Below are positions 59,298 through 64,000 of a stretch of 64,000 bases of DNA, piece after piece. Each line of letters begins with the position of its first letter. The stretch's first letter is position 1. The stretch covers positions 5,952,001 to 6,016,000 of the forward strand of contig OZ281500.1 of assembly GCA_965637545.1 (NCBI GenBank). Reading direction: 5' to 3'. The stretch is from Phallusia mammillata. Taxonomy: Eukaryota. The notes beneath the pieces were generated by a model. The model worked only from the letters and a program-made list of their open reading frames with translations. It was not told the DNA's origin and searched no databases. Made by a program: the position numbers and the translations under genes.

Positions 59298-60801
59298 TTA
59301 ATCTCTGTCAGCTTTTTCTTTCTGCGTATTACTTCCCCGAATCTTCTTTAACGTCAAAACGACGGACGAAAAAAATATGATCAGCGAACCGATTAAACTA
59401 GTAAGTGTTGGCGAGTAACCTAAAAACACTAATTGCAGAATCAAAGCAAAAATAATTTGCGTCGATTGTACGACTACGACATGTCCAGCCTTTTCCTTTT
59501 GTAAAGAAATGGTCATAAGCATTTGTCCCAATATACCCACAACGGCAATCAGCAATATGAGCAGCAGGTCGTCCATACATGGGATTTGCAGGGTTCCTTC
59601 GCTTGCGAATAAAGCAAGGCTGTAGACTACTCCAACCCATGAGTAATGCAACATTGTAATGATAAAATGGACTCCTGAACCCAGGTAGCGTATGACAATA
59701 ATGGATGCCGTGTTACAAAGTACTGTAGCAAATGCTAGTAGGATTCCAGCCGTCATGTTTTCTGCTGATTCCGATGCCATATTTCGAAATAGGAACGAAG
59801 GACGAGCAACAAGAACCAAGCCGACAAATGTGAGGATTGAAAGCAAAGCTTCGATCACCGAGCAACTTTCTGTACAGTAAAATAATATGTCAGCTGTTGC
59901 TGCCAGGCATATTATCAAATTTATAGAGCTCCTCTGACATGTGTATTTTTATACAACGACGCCATTTCCAATCACGCGGTATCACAAGGCCGCCCGGGAG
60001 CCTAACTACAGGAAAAGATTATTTCTCTAGTTAAAAAACATCAAAACAGACGTGATGCTTTCATTGTGCTACAGACAAGTGTTCTTACATTAGAAGCCCA
60101 ATCATTCGTTGCGTTGTGGCGAGCTTGCGTTTATTTCTTTTTTCCCCTTTGTTTACCGTGCACTTTTCACAGGCATTCAGTGTTATTTACCCTGAAGGCG
60201 ACCTGCATATGACGTTTTTTTTACCCAAAATGCGACCTGAATTGGACGTCGAAACGTCAGAATGGAAATACTATTGTCAGAAGAGCTCTACGAATTAAAA
60301 TACTTTGTTGTCAGATACCATAATGAGTAAAGTCTTATCTACTGCTAAATGTGCTAATTAACATGTTGATGTGCTTGGTATGCTGTTATAATTAAAGCAC
60401 AATGTATTTTACAAACCTTTAAGGCAGATGCAGGCAACCAATCCGACCAAAGTTATGCAGGTGTTGGTAACAGATACCGCATCACCAAGTGGCGCAAACT
60501 TGATACTTGAGTAGAAAAACCAATTTCCTAAGACGCTGATGGCACCACGAATAATTATCAAAAGGTTCGTTTTCAGGTCATCCTGAAAGATATTTTCTCT
60601 TCTGTAGGTAAGCAGTGGTAAAGATACAATAAATTGCAGAATTGATCTCGCAAGTTGAACTTCATCGGCTCCAGCATCTTTCACATATTTGAATAACAAT
60701 CCACAAAGCGCCCAGCTAAATGCTGCCAGTAATGCAAATGTAAATCCAACAACCTTGTTGCATTTTTCAGAACATTTTTCTTTTCGGTTTGAGTAGTTCA
60801 T
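59298..60801 (-). CDS. SLC35G1: SLC35G1-like EamA/DMT transporter, copy A, 318 aa, intact
   Basis: Exons 60801-60417 and 59869-59298 with a phase-1 intron. Motifs RSILQF, RGAISVLG, PLGDA, CLKE, GIVLVARPSFLF-type, LQKEKAG and QIIFALILQLVFLG. Confidence 0.85.
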
Positions 60802-61890
60802 GTTTTAGGAACAATATGTAAAAAATCTCTAAAGAACAAATTTCCAGATTTGAAGATTTGAGGTACACAGATTTAAAAAGAGGTTTAGCTAAGGACAAAA
60901 TTAAAGTTGCACAAACGTACGTTGTATTGAACATTTAAGATGAACATACGTGTATTACAGGGGCCAGCCCTGAATCGTTCGTGTAGACCACAACGATCAC
61001 AGGTCACAGCACACTTGCTCATAAATAAAAGTACACCAGTCCTACTAAAGACGTTTACTGTATCAAGCTCATCCTCCAAACATCAGTTGGTAGAACAATG
61101 ATGATTGTTTTAAACTGACGTTTCTACGAAACGAATGAGTAAAGTACTGTAGGATATAACCGGCAAATCAAGTATCTTTAGTTACCCAGATGTATAAAAG
61201 CAAAGTAGAAAAGGAAAATTAAGTTACACTTGAGGTGAGACGGGATTTTTACATATACCCGCCTTATTTTCTAAGCAACTTACTTCATGGTCAATCGTTT
61301 TGTTCCAAAATCGACATCGCACTTTTAGCTAAAAAACGTACCTTGCCACGAAATGCCACTAAAACAGAACTCAACCTGATGTCAGTATAAACTTCATGTC
61401 ACCTAATCGCAATAGCTAACTTGGATGTTTGTTCTACTTTTGTGTCTGGCGGTGCATAAACCCTGAAGAGAACATCAAACATTGGTAAAGTCTGATTTTA
61501 ATCCAGTTTAACTTGCCGTGTGTGAACTAATATAGAGCTTTAAACTTCTTAATCCCCAATTAAATAAGAAAAGCTGCATGATGCGAGCATAATAAAACAG
61601 TTTCGAAATACTTTGTACATCAGAATCACTTCACAATAGCATTTGCAAGTTTGCAACGACTGTAATAGTACTGCCTTGTTGACTTTACTCTTTGTTGACT
61701 GAGTGAAAAGTCATGTTGATTGTATTTTCCACACCAGGCAGCTTGTTAAGATATGGAATTATCGCTGACAAAGCAATTGGATCTGCGCTTGACTGGCGAA
61801 ATTAAAAGCTGTTGTAAGACTGTGTAAGAAGGTGCAGCTTTTTTGTACGCAGCGGTTCATATTTATTCTTGTTGGTTACGCTGACACAAC

Positions 61891-62064
61891 CAGTGTTTTT
61901 TTTGAGGTGTTTTGGGGGACTGAAACGGTCCCCCAAATTTCTCCAGCGGTTTCCCAAAATTTGGACTTGCAACTACAACTACAGTTTTTGGTATTTAAAT
62001 GAAACACTTGCGGTCTCTTAAAACTACTTAGCGGTCACCCAAACCAAATCTTAAAAAAACCCTG
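61891..62064. mobile_element. hAT-type MITE, 174 bp, between the SLC35G copies
   Basis: TIR CAGTGTTTTTTT / AAAAAAACCCTG and a perfect 8-bp TSD GACACAAC. Confidence 0.85.
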
Positions 62065-62424
62065 GACACAACCATATGCGTGAACGGTTTTTCAACATAA
62101 TACTTTCAATGAAAATGCCGCAACCAATACAGAAGAAGTACACAACATGCCCTGCTGTCTACATCAGGTTACAAAACGTCCATGAGATTTATAGAATGCT
62201 GTACACCAGAAAATTAGAGAGTTCACAATTTTTATTCCCACTTATACAATACACATGTATGACTCAAAACAATACAATACTTACATATGCAAACGATGTA
62301 CCACAAACTGACAACGTACGAACCACAAACAAAATCCATTTTTCCTGGGTTATAACATGCAAATTTATTTAAGGACATATCTAAGGTGTCAAATAGAGTT
62401 TTTATTTGACTGGCTACGGTTGTT

Positions 62425-63517
62425 TTAATCTCTGTCAGTTTTTGCGTTCTGTGTATCACGTCCCCAAATCTTTTTCAATGTCAAAACGACGGACGAAAAA
62501 AAAATGATCAACGAACCGATTAAACTTGTAAGGGTTGGCAAATAACCTAAAAACACTAATTGCAGAATGAGAGCAAAAATAATTTGCGTCGATAGTACGA
62601 CTACGACACGTCCAGCTTTTTCTCTTTGTATAGCAATGGTCATTAACACTTGTCCCAATACACCCACAACGGCAATCAGGAGTACCAGCAGCAAGTCGTC
62701 AATGCATGGAATTTGCAGGGTTCCTTTGCTAGCCGTTAAGGCAAGGCTGTAGACTACTCCAACCCATGAGTAATGCAACATTGTGATGCTGAAATGGATT
62801 TCTGAACCCAGGTAGCGAACAACAATGACGGACACCGTGGTACCAAGTGCTGAAGCAAATGACAGCAGTATTCCAATGATCAGATTTCCTGTTGATTCTG
62901 ACGCCAGATTTTGGAAAAGGAACGAAGGACGAGCGACAAGTACAATGCCGACAAAAGTGAGGATTGAAAGCAGAGCTTCGACTACGGAGCACCGTTCTAC
63001 AGTAAAATGGACACGTTGACATGTTGACAAGTATCGTAAGTAGTAGTAAAATCGTACACAGTGCCAAAACATGTGTGCAATGGATGACCTACATGACATA
63101 TCATGCACTTTAAATCAAACAAAAAATACTTACCCTTGAGACAGATGCAGGCAAATAAACCGACCAGCGTTATGTAAGAGTTCATCACAGACACCGCATC
63201 ACCAAGTGGAATAAATTTCATACTTGAGAAGAGCAACCAGTTTGCCACGACGCCGGTCAACCCTCGAAAAACTAACATAAAGTTAGTTTTAAAATCGTCC
63301 TGAAAGAGTTTTTCTTTTCTGTAGGTAAGCAGTGGTAAAAGGACAATAAATTGCAAAACTGATCTCGCAAGTTGAACTTGATCGGCTCCAGCATCTTTTA
63401 GGTATTTGAATAACAATCCATTAAGCGCCATGCTGAATGCTGCCAACAGAGAGAAAGTATATCCAATGACTTTGTTGCATTTTCAGGACATTTTTCTTTT
63501 CGATGTGGATAATCCAT
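62425..63517 (-). pseudogene. SLC35G1: SLC35G1-like copy B with a 1-nt deletion at codon 13 (pseudogene, null allele or assembly error)
   Basis: Exon 2 (62996-62425) is 572 nt, the same as in copy A. Exon 1 (63517-63134) is 384 nt versus 385. Copy A reads GAA AAA TGC; copy B reads GAA AAT GC, and the ATG frame stops at 63398. Confidence 0.75.
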
Positions 63518-64000
63518 AATTGAAGCTGTGTACAAGAGTGTTCTTGTCGGTTAAAACTGATTTTACATCAACGTTTCTGGTCTGCTTGATATGTATTTTC
63601 TTTTAGCCTAAAAGACAACATTAGTTGTAAAAAACACACTATAACTTTATGATACTTTAAAGTTTAAATCTATTAGAACAATTAACACTCGCTCTGATAT
63701 ATGAACCCCTGGCTGGTTTTGTGGCAAACTCGAATCTAGACAACTTGTGAATCTATCGATGCGTATAGCAAAGCGGATATTAATTTATGACAAAAAATCG
63801 CACTGACCTACTCAAATTACAGTCTAGTTCGATACTTCAAAGTTTTAAGGTCGTTACAAAGGACAACTTGTTCGGTCGTAACGTAATTTTACCTGTGCAT
63901 AATACCTTATTCGTCAGAACCATTTCATCATGTCAACTAATTACATTTGCCAGAAGAGCTCTACAAACTTGATATTATGCCTGGCAGCAATAGCTTATAT

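Overview
Gene-dense (about 7-8 genes in 64 kb), AT-rich, intron-containing animal genomic DNA using the standard code and GT-AG introns. The chordate-like proteins, compact introns and AG acceptors just before several start codons suggest an invertebrate chordate such as an ascidian; this is inference. I reconstructed exon chains by hand from splice sites and reading-frame continuity. Plus strand: an FCHSD/Nervous-wreck F-BAR + 2xSH3 gene (9.2-21.1 kb) and a very long JADE-type PZP protein gene (35.6-47.4 kb). Minus strand: GLYR1/NPAC (PWWP + hydroxyacid dehydrogenase, 34.3-22.1 kb), then a same-strand run of SLC35G-like copy B (frameshifted), SLC35G-like copy A, an SLC7A9-like light chain, intronless OSTM1 and ZC3HC1. 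Introns and intergenic DNA hold several hAT-type MITEs with 8-bp TSDs and a Helentron/HINE-like element carrying a 158-bp satellite. The most notable observations are: (1) GLYR1 keeps the catalytic Lys and plant glyoxylate-reductase-like active-site motifs that human NPAC has lost; (2) the second ZC3HC1 zinc finger has lost 2 of 4 ligands; (3) a 1-nt frameshift in one SLC35G duplicate; (4) an unusual 215-aa N-terminal exon and a 39-nt cassette micro-exon in FCHSD; (5) a possible SLC7-OSTM1 trans-spliced operon; (6) AT-hook, ET-binding-like and YxF motifs in the JADE tail. Homolog comparisons come from recalled reference sequences and need alignment checks. I saw no CRISPR, rRNA, tRNA or transposase. 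The first ~9 kb has no gene I can identify.
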